From the NCBI GenBank assembly GCA_030390025.1, contig JASTWF010000360.1:310001-374000 (forward strand): a stretch of DNA of 64,000 bases. Direction: 5' to 3'. The DNA comes from Squalus acanthias. Taxonomy: Eukaryota. The first letter of the stretch is position 1, and each line of letters opens with the position of its first letter. The position numbers and the translations under genes were made by a program. The notes under the pieces are model-generated. The model was given only the letters and a program-made list of their open reading frames with translations, was not told where the DNA came from and searched no databases. Shown piece after piece: positions 1 through 11,355 of the stretch.

Positions 1-178
1 CCCTATCTTTTCTGAACACCTTGTACCCTTGAATATGAAGTGTCCAGTCCTCACCGTTTTTAAGCCACGGTTCTATTATTGCCACAACATCATATTGTCA
101 CACGGCTAATTGTGCCTGTAGCTCACCAACCTTATTCACCACACTTTGTGCGTTTACGTACATGCATTCTAAACCCAT
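1..178 (-). mobile_element. CR1 LINE fragment, start of ORF2 APE endonuclease (degraded)
   Basis: Minus strand reads LECMYVNAQSVVNKVGELQ...YDVVAIIEPWL...IQGYKVFRKDR, the usual CR1 APE N-terminus, with an internal stop. Confidence 0.7.
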
Positions 179-351
179 TTTTGAATTTTTTGTTGTCTTT
201 CTTAGTCTGCTCCTATCTAATATGTTACTACTTCCGCCTCTAGTACTGCTTTCTAAGAACTTTCTGTTCCTTAATGTCTATATAAAAAAGTCTAGTTGTG
301 CAAATATTTGCTATTTTATGAACAATTGGCAAATGCATCACCCTGAACGAT

Positions 352-940
352 AAAAACGATTGAGTGACCGCTTTGCGGAACACCTCCGTTCAGTCCGTAA
401 GGGTGACCCCAAGCTTCTGGTCACCTGTCACTTTAATTCTCCGCTCCACTCCCACTCAGACCTCACCATCCTCGGCCTCTTACACTGTTCCAATGAAGCT
501 CAACGTAAGCTCGAGGAACAGCACCTCATCTTTCGATTCGGCACTTCACAGCCTTCTGGACTCAACATCGAGTTCAACATTTATAGACTATAAATTGGCC
601 CCTGTATTTCTTTCTTTTATTTTCTATTGTTTCCGCACATGGTAGCTGTTAATGTTACTGCCATCATCATCCACACATCATCTAGAGCCATCTTTTGTTT
701 CTTAACTTGTCCCATTACCTCCTTTTGCCTGGCACTATCATCCCTTTTGTCAGTCAATCTCTCCTGCCTTCCATCCTATCACAGACCTTCCCTTTGTTCT
801 TTCCTCCCCTCCTCCCTGCCCCTGCTTAAAAATCTCTCTTCCCGAACCTGTTCCAGTTCTGACGAAGGGTTCGACCCAAAACGTTGACTCTGTTTCGCTT
901 CTCCTCAATGCTGCCTGACCTGTTGAGTATTTCCTGCACT
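352..940 (+). mobile_element. Penelope-like element 3' fragment (GIY-YIG C-terminus plus pLTR with degenerate hammerhead)
   Basis: ORF 360-593 RFAEHLRSV...HFNS..H...RKLEEQHLIFRFGTSQPSGLNIEF. CTGACGA-stem-AAAACGTT at ~859-890 has the GAAA core mutated. Confidence 0.8.
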
Positions 941-992
941 TTATGCTGTTATACCACTATGCAACCATTCCCGCTAGATTAATAGAGACTTA

Positions 993-1662
993 GGGCTGGA
1001 TTTTGATACTGGGGCGGGTTGGGGTTGTGTTATCCACCCGACTACAATTGGATGCGGGAGATTGATGCAATTTTCACCTAATTGGGCAATTGAGTTCCAG
1101 CATGTGGGAACCCATGAACCAATTAGTGTTTTCAGTCTGAAAGTCGCCTCTGATGATGTCATCATTGCTGCTGCATTGAAGGTCTTCAAACACTGCCCGG
1201 CCTTTGCTGTGAGAGGACCTGCAGGCAAAATGAGCAGCAGCCCTAAGTCTGAGAGAGAGAGAAAGAGAGAGAGATTGTTTTTTTGCACCACCACTCCCAG
1301 ATGCCTGCCAGCCACTCACTCACTGATAGTCAGCCCAGCCACTGATAGTCAGCTATCCAAATGTGCTCCCGCCAGGTTTCACAATCGTGGTTCAGAATAG
1401 GCGTGCTTCACATAGAACAAGGGTTGAAATCACAAAGGCCTTTCAAAATGGCATTATAGAGCCAATTTAGTGCTTGTTAAGGGCCTTAACAGCCTATCCC
1501 GCCTCTTAAAGACGAGACGGAGTCGGGACCAGCAGACACGATTTAATCAAAATTGCGTGGAGGCGGGATGGAGGCAGACTTGTGGCCGCCCGCCAGTTTT
1601 TGCAATTTTAACCCCCCACACGCCTCCAAACCCGCCTCCACGGGTCAATGAAAATCCAGCCC
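993..1662. mobile_element. Non-autonomous PIF/Harbinger element
   Basis: TIRs GGGCTGGATTTT / AAAATCCAGCCC and 3-bp TSD TTA on both sides. Confidence 0.85.
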
Positions 1663-2440
1663 TTAGAGTACAAAAGCAAGGAAGCTTTGCTAAACCTTTT
1701 ATAAATCACTAGTTAGGCCTCAGTGGAGTATTGTGTTCAATTCTGGGTACCACACTTTAGGAAGGATGTTAAAGCATTGGAGACGGTGCAGAGGAGATTG
1801 ACCAGGATGGTAGCAGGGATGAGGGACTTCAGTTACGTGGAGAGACTGGAGAAGCTGGGATTGTTCTCCTTAGAGCAGAGAAGGTTAAGGGGAGATTGAC
1901 CAGAATGGTACCAGAGATGAGGGACTTCAGTTACGTGGAGAGACTGGAGAAGCTGGGATTGTTCTCCTTAGAGCAGAGAAGGTTAAGGGGAGATTGACCA
2001 GAATGGTACCAGGGATGAGGGACTTCAGTTACGTGGAGAGACTGGAGAAGCTGGGATTGTTCTCCTTAGAGCAGAGAAGGTTAGGGGGAGGTTGACCAGA
2101 GGTGTTGAAAAATATGAGGGGTTTTGATAGAGTAGAGAGGGAGAAACTGTTTCCAGTGGCAGGAGGGTCGGTAACCAGAGGACAACAGATTAAAGATCAT
2201 TGACCAAAGAACCAGAGGTGGATAATGCGGAGTTTTTTTTACTCAGCGAGCTGTTACGATCTGGAATACACTGCCTGAAACGATTCAATGGTAACTTTCA
2301 AAACGGAATTGGATAAATACTTGAAGTGGAAAACTTCACGGGGAAAGGGCAGGGGAGTGGGACTAATGGGACAAATCTTTCAAAGAGCCGGCACAGGCAC
2401 GATGGGCCAAATGGCCTCATTCTGTGCTGCATGATTTCAT
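1663..2440 (+). mobile_element. CR1 LINE 3' fragment with internal 98-bp triplication
   Basis: RT C-terminal motifs (EYCVQFW..HFRKDV..LE.VQRR) and a CR1 3' UTR. A 98-bp unit occurs three times at ~1794-2090. Confidence 0.85.
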
Positions 2441-2539
2441 GGGGTTAATTTTAACTGCACTAGACTTTTAAAAACAGGGACCTCGAGATTTATAGGGTCC
2501 TACCTGTCGTGCTCTAAATGCACTGATCCCCGTCGATGT

Positions 2540-3130
2540 TGCCAAGTCCCACAGGACGTACTGGTCTCCTCAGATGGTTGTCAGGCCTGTTTTTATTCTA
2601 ACTCTCTTTCTCGATTGCCCCTCCCATAGTTTTCTTACTCACTTACCTCGGCCTCTTTGATTCTCAGCCTGGGTGTTGTCCTGCAGAATGCACCTTGGCC
2701 CTACACTCAGGTGTGTCAATAGCCAAAAGCCACAACGACACAACTGGGAGTAGGGAGGGGGAAGAGTGGAGATCAAGAGTTAAACTATCAAAGGCATGTC
2801 ACCCCACCCCCACCCTCCCCCACCCGAAATCTAGCACAAAGAAATGAATTTTACTTCGGAGCAAGAGCATTATTTTAACAGCGTCATTAACGGCCTCATC
2901 CGACCCAGCGAATCATAAATAGCAAACAACTGTAACTCACGATATCTTTAAGATAGTGTCGAGTAAAAAAAAAGGATACTTTTCAGTAACTTACAGACAA
3001 AAAGCACTTGAGAATGCTTCTGCAGCTGGCCTTTGACCGATTCCGCTGCTCAGGTGAGACGGCGGGAAGGAAATAAACTGTGAATCAGTTTGGAGTCTGA
3101 CGATGATATCGTTGTGTGCGCAGTGCACAT
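2540..3130 (-). promoter_or_regulatory. Paralogous copy of the putative FAM111-like promoter/first exon/intron block
   Basis: Colinear similarity to 16370-16925, including the minus-strand donor GTAAGT (2994-2989) and E2F-like GGCGGGAA (3061-3068). Confidence 0.55.
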
Positions 3131-3131
3131 G

Positions 3132-4008
3132 GGGCTGGATTTTGCCAATGGGGGCGGGCTGGGTGCGTGTCAGGTGATTGGCGGTTCCCGACCCCGCCTC
3201 CGATGTGATTCGTGACAATTGGCCGATTTTCCCCGAATTGAGCACTTGATTTCCAGCCTGTGGGAACCCCTGGCCCAATGAGCCTTTTCAGACAGAAACT
3301 CGCCTCCGATGACGTCATCTATGCAGCTGGATTTAAGGCCTGCAAGCAGCCTTGCTTCTTTTTCAGCCTTACAACTTTATGGCCATTCTTCTGAGGGATT
3401 CCTTCTGCAAGTATGTTCAGCACCAGACCAAAGTGTGCACCCAGATTCGATGAGGCCTCCCTCCAAGCTCTGGTGGAGGGAGCAAGAGCAAATAAGGAGG
3501 TGCTCTTTCCTTCCTCAGGCAGGAAAAAGCCTCCACAACAGACTAAAGCTGTGTGGCTGCAAGTGGCACAGGAGGTCAATGCTATTTCTATGTGCAGTAG
3601 AACCTGGCTGCAGTGCAGAAAGAGGTTTCATGACCTTCTCCGCACAGGAAAAGTGAGTATTCCATCCCCATCACCCTCAATCTGATCCCCATCGCCTCTC
3701 ATCACCAGCACTCTGCTTTGTCAACCTCCTCCTCCACATCCCACTTCACCCTTACACCCCTGCACCCTTACCCATTCCCTCTCTCTCTATGGTCACTTAA
3801 CTATTCGACTATGCAGCCCTCACACTCCCTATCACTGTGTTGCTATGACAACAACTTACAACACACAGGGAGGGCCCTTGGTCTTGGCACCTCACTCCAT
3901 CTTTGTCTCCTTCTAAGCATCTATGCTATGGATTCTCTACGGTCTACACCGTCTACAACGGTGAGCGCTGATAGCCTGACTCTTAATCTCGAGTCAAAAT
4001 CCGGGCTA
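3132..4008 (+). mobile_element. Non-autonomous Harbinger element carrying a Myb/SANT exon
   Basis: Left TIR GGGCTGGATTTTGCCA. 3132-3780 is nearly identical to the inverted copy at 51812-52462. The right end is approximate (degenerate CAAAATCCGGGC). Confidence 0.75.
3413..3652 (+). CDS. Harbinger Myb/SANT-like DNA-binding domain exon
   Basis: APRFDEASLQALVEG...LFP...KAVWLQVAQEVNA...RTWLQCRKRFHDL, followed by a GTGAGT donor at 3653. Confidence 0.8.
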
Positions 4009-4224
4009 ATGGCAGCACTGCCGTCTCACTCCCCCCTCTTTGGCAAAGACAGCAACATGCGCCAGCGTAAGATCCCCCCACCCCCACCCTTGTCAGACAG
4101 TAGCCGCATCCTTGGCACTGATTTCTGGTGAATAAAGCAAACCAGAGTGCCTTTCTTTATTGGAACACTGCTGCGAGCAACGCCCCGGAGAAAAGTCGTC
4201 AGGAACGTGAAACAAAAATGAACG

Positions 4225-5041
4225 TTCTCTTCATTTTTCAAAACTTCGTTTATGGGATGTGGGCGTTGCTGACAAGGCCAGCATTTATTGCCCATCCCTA
4301 ATTGCCCTTGAGAAAGTGGTGGTGAGCTGCCTGCTTGAACCGCTGCAGTCTGTGTCGTGAAGGTGCTCCCACAGTGCTGTTAGGGAGGGAGTTCCAGGAT
4401 TTTGACCCAGCGACGATGAAGGATCGGCCGATATATTTCTAAGTCAGGATGGTGTGTGACTTGGAGGGCAACTTGGAGGTGGTGGTGTTCCCATGCGCCT
4501 GCTGTCCTTGTCCTTCTAGGTGGAAAAGGTCGCGGGGTTGGGAGGCGCTGCCGAAGAAGCCTTGGCGAGTTGCTGCAGTGCATCTTGTAGATAGTACACA
4601 CTGCAGCCACGGTACGCCGGTGGTGGAGGGAGTGAATGTTTAAGGTGGTGGATGGGGTGCCAATCAAGCGGGCTGCTTTGTCCTGGATGGTGTTGAGCTT
4701 CTTGAGTGTTGTTGGAGCTGCACTCATCCAGGCAAGTGGAGAGTATTCCATCACACTCCTGACTTGTGCCTTGTAGATGGTGCAAAGGCTTTGGGGAGTC
4801 AGGAGGTGAGACACTCGCCGCAGAATACCCAGCCTCTGACCTGCCCTTGTTGCCACAGTATTTATGTGGCTGGTCCAGTTAAGTTTCTGGTTAATGGTGA
4901 CCCCCAGGATGTTGATGGTGGGGGATTCGGCGATGGTAATGCCGTTGAATGTCAAGGGGAGGTGGTTAGACTCTCGCTTATTGGAGATAGTCATTGCCTG
5001 GCACTTGTGTGGCGCGAATGTTACCCGCCACTTATCAGCCC
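4225..5041 (-). mobile_element. CR1/L2-group LINE 3' fragment (RT thumb and 3' UTR)
   Basis: DKWRVTFAPHKCQ...ILGVTI.QKLNWTSHI...IYKAQVRSVMEYSPLAW...IQDKAARLI. Confidence 0.8.
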
Positions 5042-5099
5042 TTGAACACTTTTGTTTACTGGTCATGAAAAATATTGGAGATGGGGATAAAAGGGCTGT

Positions 5100-5262
5100 T
5101 TGACTGACAGCCAGGAATAATCCAATCGGGTAACGAAGAGTCTGTTCACTTTCCGATTGGACAATGGAAGGCGGGCGCCGTGAGGATGGGCGTTTCGGTT
5201 GACCAATGGCGGGAGTGTTGGGTGGGGGAGGCGTTGGCGGTTGGAGGCGGGCGGTTAGGTGA
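5100..5262. promoter_or_regulatory. GC-rich patch with clustered CCAAT boxes and GC/E2F-like boxes
   Basis: CCAAT/ATTGG at ~5122, 5156 and 5203, with GGCGGG motifs, in non-repeat-looking sequence. Confidence 0.35.
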
Positions 5263-5322
5263 TTAAACCTCCTGGGACAGGTCCAGCCAGATTTGGCAAC
5301 CACCGCTGCAGACGATACACAA

Positions 5323-5617
5323 GTCATAGAGTCATAACGGCACAGAAGGAGGCCATTCAGCCCATCGAGTCCACGCCGGCTCTCTGTGGAGCAATCCAGT
5401 CAGTCCCATTCCCCCGCTGTATCCCCGTAGCCCTGCAAGATTATTTCCCTCAACTGCCTATCCAGTCTCCCCTTTGAAAACATTGAGTGTCTCCGCTTCC
5501 ACCACTTCCGTCGGCAGCGAGTTCCAGGTCCTCACCACTCGCTGCGTAAAAAAGTTTCCCCTCACATCCCCCCTTGTATCTCTTGCCCAAAATCTTAAAT
5601 CTGTGTCCCCTAGCCCT
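5323..5617 (-). mobile_element. CR1 LINE 3' end, cut by an LTR insertion
   Basis: RARGHRFKILGKRY...NFFTQRVV..WNSLP.EVVEA. Same subfamily as 53952-56012. Confidence 0.8.
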
Positions 5618-5888
5618 TGTTGTACGTTTTTTATTTTGACTGGCATTAAATTGACAGCAAGACCAATTCTTTTGAAACAATTTGGAATAAGTTTATTCAG
5701 CACACAAACTCATGCAAGTTTATTAAACACACACACTCATGCACATCAAAACAATAGCCTACTGGTATCCTCTGACTCTACATGATTACAACTCGTAAGG
5801 TAATGGGTTAGATTTACACAGACTAGTACTTCCCTGAGTTAGGCAATGCGCGCGGCCTTTTTCCTTGCTTCTTGGTCTGGTCTGTAGA

Positions 5889-5978
5889 CTTTACCTGACG
5901 AAGGAGCAGCACTCCGAAAGCTCGTGATTTCAAATAAAACTGTTGGACTATAACCTGGTGTTGTGCGACTTCTCATTT
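5889..5978 (+). mobile_element. 90-bp Penelope pLTR insertion containing a minimal hammerhead ribozyme
   Basis: 11-bp TSD TGGTCTGTAGA (5878-5888, 5979-5989). Core CTGACGA(5895)-GGAG/CTCC stem-GAAAGCTC. Confidence 0.8.
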
Positions 5979-6083
5979 TGGTCTGTAGAGGGAGAGCTTC
6001 TTGTTCTTCCTCGTGGTCATCGAGAGAAAAAGAGAGAGAGAGAGCCTTTGGTTCCTTGTTTTTATATCCTTTTAAAGTCCATT

Positions 6084-6965
6084 GGGGGAGAAATTCAGTA
6101 TCGCCCCATATGGGGCGCAATTATCGGCCGTGCGCAAAGATTAGCGCCTGGCGCCAATTATCGCCACCGACTGCAAACTTGACTTTTATCGCCCCTGGAG
6201 GTGATTGGAGCGCTAAATCAGGCGCTTCACACCTGTCTTAAGGCGCAAAGGCCGAGGAGCGAGGCGCTAACTCAGAGCGCTGGCGAAGCTCATGTGATGT
6301 CAGTCAGCAATGGAACACAGACACAATGGCACGGGCCAGTTCTTAAAGGGGAGGGTTAATCTTGCTTTCCATCCACATCCTGCTCATTGCAGCCTTGAAT
6401 CTCGGCCTGGAGAGACCTGCACATCAAATCTGCTGGAAAGAACAATGGAGAGTACCAGGGAAAGAGCTCAGAGTGCAGCCCCCACAGTCTCTTCTAAATC
6501 GATACAAGGAAGGGCAAATTAAAATGAACCTGCAATGTGCTGCTCAGTACCCAAAACTCCTTCACACAACGTTGAATCTCTCCAGAAGTCTCTCTCTCTC
6601 TCTCTCAGAATGCGTAGTTCAAAAATGGCACCAACAATAAAAGGCAGGAAGCGGTCACCTTTAAATAGCGCTCCCCCTTTCCCTTCATGACTGCAGAACG
6701 CTCCCCTCAACCTGTCGTTGCTAGCGTCAGGTGGTAAGGCAGGGGGCGCCACTCAATATCTGCTCCGGGGCGTTGCGCACTCGACTGACGTCACAATCTG
6801 CCGGCGCAGGAGATCGTGGCGGTAGTGTTTAGCGCCGCCGCAAAATGTCGAGTTAAGTTTGCGAGCGGCACAAACATCGCTGCGCCCAGGCGCTAGTTGC
6901 TTTGCGCCCCATTAGCGCCCTCTTAAGGCGCTAACGGAAGGTGCAACCAACTGAATTTTTCCCCC
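6084..6965. mobile_element. Non-autonomous Harbinger element inserted in the LTR
   Basis: TIRs GGGGGAGAAATTCAGT / ACTGAATTTTTCCCCC and 3-bp TSD ATT. Confidence 0.85.
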
Positions 6966-7561
6966 ATTGTCTTCTAGTTTTAATTCTTAAGACGCCACGA
7001 TTGGGTCTTAGATTCTGGCCGTTTTTGATTGGCTTTCCTTTGAACATGTGTCTGTCTGCAGTGGCTGGGGCCATTTCTTGCTTAAGTTAATTGTTTGTTG
7101 ACAGCTTTTAGTGGCTCTTGAGTTTCGATGGTGAGTTTCGATGGTGTCTCTGTGGGGGGTTATGCTGTTATGCAGGTTTCCTTTGTTAAGTTTCGCGCTG
7201 TTGCCTTACCCAGGGGAGATCTATACACAAATTTATCTTTATCTTATCTATTAATAGTTTCGAGTCCATCACACATACAAAACACATATTTTTCTTCTGA
7301 CAGATTCCCCGCCTTGAGGGGGAAATATCTTTATTGACCCTTCATTTGGTTTATCTCCTCAGGGCTCGCATATGCTGGTTGAGTTTCCTAAGGAGTTTTC
7401 TCAGGTAGCAGATCATGATGATCCCCACCACTACAATTATGGCTTGTGCCAGTACCATAAGCATTGAGAGGGTTCTGAGCCAGGGCTGTTGTCCTACATT
7501 ATACATTGATTCCCACCATGGGCTGGCTCCTAGCTTTTGTATAGCTCTGCTGTTTATGGCA

Positions 7562-10238
7562 TTAAAGTGAGAAGTCGCACAACACCAGGTTATAGTCCAA
7601 CAGTTTTATTTGAAATCACAAGCTTTCGGAGCTGCTGCCCCTTCGTCAGGTGAAGTGAAGGAATACGAATCGGCAAAGCATATATAGACAGAGAACAACG
7701 CCTGTGTAGCGTACAATGTCAGACGACTACAGTTAATCTATCTGACTGCCTTTCATCACACCTCGGCAGAGAGACAATCAGGTCAGCCAGGAAGGCACCA
7801 CATCAAAGACAAAGCAAGATACAACTGAGACAATGAGATGGGGTCACAGGGGGTCCAATGTGTCAAAAGCTGCAATCTGTATGGAAAACCATAAACTTTA
7901 AAATTTTTACTTTTTTTTACTGGAAATCACATCTGTGAACAAGCCAACGACGACTCGAGTCTGGATGACTCTACGTCATGTAGCGTGACATGAACCCAAG
8001 ATCCCGGTTGAGGCCGTCCTCATGGGTGCATAACTTGGCTATCAGTTTCTGCTCGATGATTTTGCGTTGTCGTGGGTCTCGAAGACCGCCTTGGAGAACG
8101 CTTACCCGCAGATCGGAGGCTGAATGTCCTGGACTGCTGAAGTGTTCCTCGACTGGGAGGTAACAATCCTGCCTGGCGATTGTTGTGCGGTGTCCGTTCA
8201 TACGTTGTCTCAGTGTCTGCATGGTCTCGCCGATGTACCATGCTCCGGTGCATCCTTTCCTGCAAAGTATGAGGTAGACAACGTTGGCCGAGTCACATGA
8301 GTATGTACCATGTACCTGGTGGGTAGTGTCCTCACGTGTGATGATGGTATCTGTATTGATGATCTGGCATGTCTTGCAGAGGTTGCCGTGGCAGGGTTGT
8401 GTGGTGTCGTGGTCGCTGTTCTCCTGAAAGCTGGGTAATTTGCTGCAAACGATGGTACTTTTGAGGTTAGGCGGCTGTTTGAAGCGAGTAGTGGAGGCAT
8501 GGGGATGGCCTTAGCGAGGTGTTTGTCGTCATCGATGACAAGTTGAAGGCTGCGAAGAACATGGCATAGTTTCTCCACTCCGGGGAAGTACTGGACGACG
8601 TAGGGTACCCTGTTGGTTGTGTCCCATGTTCGCCTTTTGAGGAGGTCTATGCGATTTTTCGCTGTGGCCCGTCGGAACTGTCAATCAATGAGTCGAGCGT
8701 CATATCCCGTTCTTACGAGGGCGTCTTTCAGCGTCCGTAGGTGTCCATCGCGTTCCTCCTCGTCTGAGCAGATCCTGTGTATTCGCAGGGCTTGTCCATA
8801 GGGGATGGCTTCTTTAACGTGGTTAGGGTGGAAGCTGGAGAAGTGGAGCATCGTGAGGTTGTCCGTGGGCTTGTGGTAGAGTGAAGTGCTGAGGTGTCCG
8901 TCTTTGATGGAGATTTGTGTGTCCAGGTATGAAACCGATTCTGAGGAGTAGTCCATGGTGAGTTTGATGGTAGGATGGAACTTGTTGATGTTATTGTGTA
9001 GTCTTTTCAGTGATCCTTCGCCGTGGGTCCAAAGGAAGAAAAGGTCGTCGATGTATCTGGTGTACAGCGTTGGTTGGAGGTCCTGTGCAGCGAAGAAGTC
9101 TTGCTCGAACTTGTGCATGAAGATGTTGGCGTATTGGGGTGCGAATTTGGTCCCCATGGCTGTTCTGTGTGTTTGGGTAAAAAACTGGTTGTCAAAGGTG
9201 AAGACATTGTGGTCAAGGATGAAGCGGATGAGTTGTAGGATGGCGTCTGGAGATTGGCTGTTGTTGGTGTTGAGTACTGAGGCTGTCGCAGCGATGCCGT
9301 CATTGTGGGGGATACTGGTGTAGAGTGCCGATACGTCCATCGTGGCGAGGAGTGTTCCTGGTTCAACTGGTCCGTGGGTGCTGAGTTTGTGTAAGAAGTC
9401 TGTGGTGTCGCGACAGAAGCTGGGGGTTCCCTGTACGATGGGTTTCAGGATGCCCTCGACGTATCCAGAGAGGTTCTCACAGAGGGTTCCGTTGCCTGAT
9501 ACGATAGGATGTCCGGGTGTGTTGGCTTTGTGTATCTTTGGGAGGCAGTAGAATTCTCCCACGCGGGGAGTAAGTGGGATGAGAGCGCGTAGGATGCTTT
9601 GAAGGTCTGGATCGAAGGCCTTGATCAGTCTATTGAGTTGGCGGGCGTGTTCTTTGGTCGGATCTGCGGGTAACTGTCTGTAGTGTTCCAGGTTGTCCAG
9701 TTGTCGGTATGCTTCTTTGCAATAGTCCATTCTGTTCTGTATGACGATGGCTCCTCCTTTGTCCGCTGGTTGGATGACGATGTTGCGGTTGGTCTTGAGA
9801 GCGTGGATGGCATTGCGTTGTGCTCGGGTAACATTCTGGATGTCTTGTGAGTGCGGCTGATGAATCTGGCATTGATGCATCTCCTGACAGCTTGAGCATA
9901 CATGTCAAGCTTAGGGCAGCAACCCTCCGGAGGGGTCCAATTTGACTCTTTCTTCTTCGGTTGCTGCACTGTGAGTCCCTCTGTCTGCTGTTCCGGATCA
10001 TTGATTGTCTCATTGGGTTCGTTGCTGACATCTTGGGATTCATGGAAGAATTCCAGGATCCTCATTCTCCTGATGAATTCCTCTGTGTCTGCCGCGAGAC
10101 CAATGGGGTCCATTTTGGTGGTGGGGCAGAAAATGAGCCCTCGGCTGAGAACTTCGATTTCGTCTGGTTGAAGGGTGTGGTCGGACAAGTTGACGATGGA
10201 CTTCCCTGTGGTTGCAACCGTGGTACCGGGGGAGGCTA
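7562..10238 (-). mobile_element. Penelope-like retroelement (RT plus GIY-YIG, frameshifted) with 3' hammerhead
   Basis: ORF 8681-9880 has ADKGGA, LPKIHK, MDVSALYTSI, AMG and RYIDD. GIY-YIG pieces lie at 7971-8578. 11-bp TSD TGTTTATGGCA (7551-7561, 10239-10249). Hammerhead core at ~7612-7655. Confidence 0.92.
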
Positions 10239-10452
10239 TGTTTATGGCAATGTTCTGTGTTATCTGTATCCGTTTCATGGTCCGGTGGGAAACAAGATCA
10301 GTGTAGTATTTACTCTTTGGCAGTTTTTAACTGGTTAATATGATGCCACTTCTTGTACTTAACACCCTTTTTCCCCGGGGTTCAATCGGTCTATAATTGA
10401 ATGCAGTCCCCACCACCCGGGCTCAAAGGCATGCTTCTTTTTCCCATAATTT

Positions 10453-11237
10453 GGGGTTTACAGTGGGAGGGGCAAGGGGAACTGTGGGGCGGGGTTTACA
10501 CTGGGAGGAGCAAAGGTAACTGAGGGGTGGGGTTTACAGTGAGAGGGGCAAGGGGAACTGTGGGGTGGAGTTTACAGTGGGAGGGGCAAGGGGAACTGAG
10601 GGGCGGGGTTTACAGTGGGAGGAGCAAAGGTAACTGAGAGGTGGGGTTTACAGTGGGAGGGGCAAGGGGAACTGAGGGGTGGGGTTTACACTGGGAGGGG
10701 CAAGGGGAACTGAGGGGCGGGGTTTACAGTGGGAGGGGCAAGGGGAACTAAAGGGGTGGGGTCTACAGTGGGAGGGGAAAGGGGATCTGAGGGGTGGGGT
10801 TTACAGTGGGAGGGGCAAGGGGATCTGAGGGGTGGGGTTTACAGTGGGAGGGGCAAGGGGAACTGAGGGGTGGGGTTTACAGTGGGAGGGGCAAGCGTAA
10901 CTGAGGGGTGGGGTTTACAGTGGGAGGGGCAAGGGTAACTGTGAGGGGTGGGGTTAACAGTGGGAGGGTCAAGGGTAACTGTGAGGGGTGGGGTTTACAG
11001 TGGGAGGGGCAAGGGGAACTGAGGGGTGGGGTTTACAGTGGGAGGGGCAAGGGTAACTGAGGGGTGGGGTTTACAGTGGGAGGGGCAAGGGTAACTGTGA
11101 GGGGCGGGGTTAACAGTGGGAGGGGCAAGGGTAACTGAGGGGCGGTGTTTACAGTGGGAGGGGCAAGGGTAACTGTGAGGGGCGGGGTTAACAGTGGGAG
11201 GGTCAAGGGTAACTGAGGGGTGGGGTTAACAGTGGGC
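10453..11237. repeat. G-rich 38-40-bp minisatellite
   Basis: About 20 copies of GGGGTTTACAGTGGGAGGGGCAAGGGGAACTGAGGGGT. Confidence 0.95.
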
Positions 11238-11355
11238 AGATGGCCAGGAGCACATTGGAATAGTTGAGTCTGGAGGCAAGAGAGGCATGGATGAAACAAG
11301 GGTGAGAATTTTAAATGCAGGACATTTAAACTCAAACTCGTTAGATTGCCTCCAT

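Larger units (their letters stand above)
5618..10455 (-). mobile_element. Deleted remnant of a third, divergent env-bearing LTR element (IN end, env TM end, PPT, 3' LTR)
   Basis: LTR 7302-5618 (TGTCAG...TACAACA) follows purine tract AAGGCGGGGAA. Env tail 7561-7351 reads PWWESMYNVGQQPWLRTLSMLMVLAQAIIVVVGIIMICYLRK. IN GPY/F-like NYGKKKHAFEPGWWGLHSIIDRLNP and KWHHINQLK at ~10325-10450. Confidence 0.75.

Noticed and set aside
3132..5617. Segmental duplication with 51269-56012 (same Harbinger and same CR1 subfamily)
   Set aside because: The Harbingers are inverted while the CR1s are in the same orientation, and the flanks differ, so these are independent insertions.
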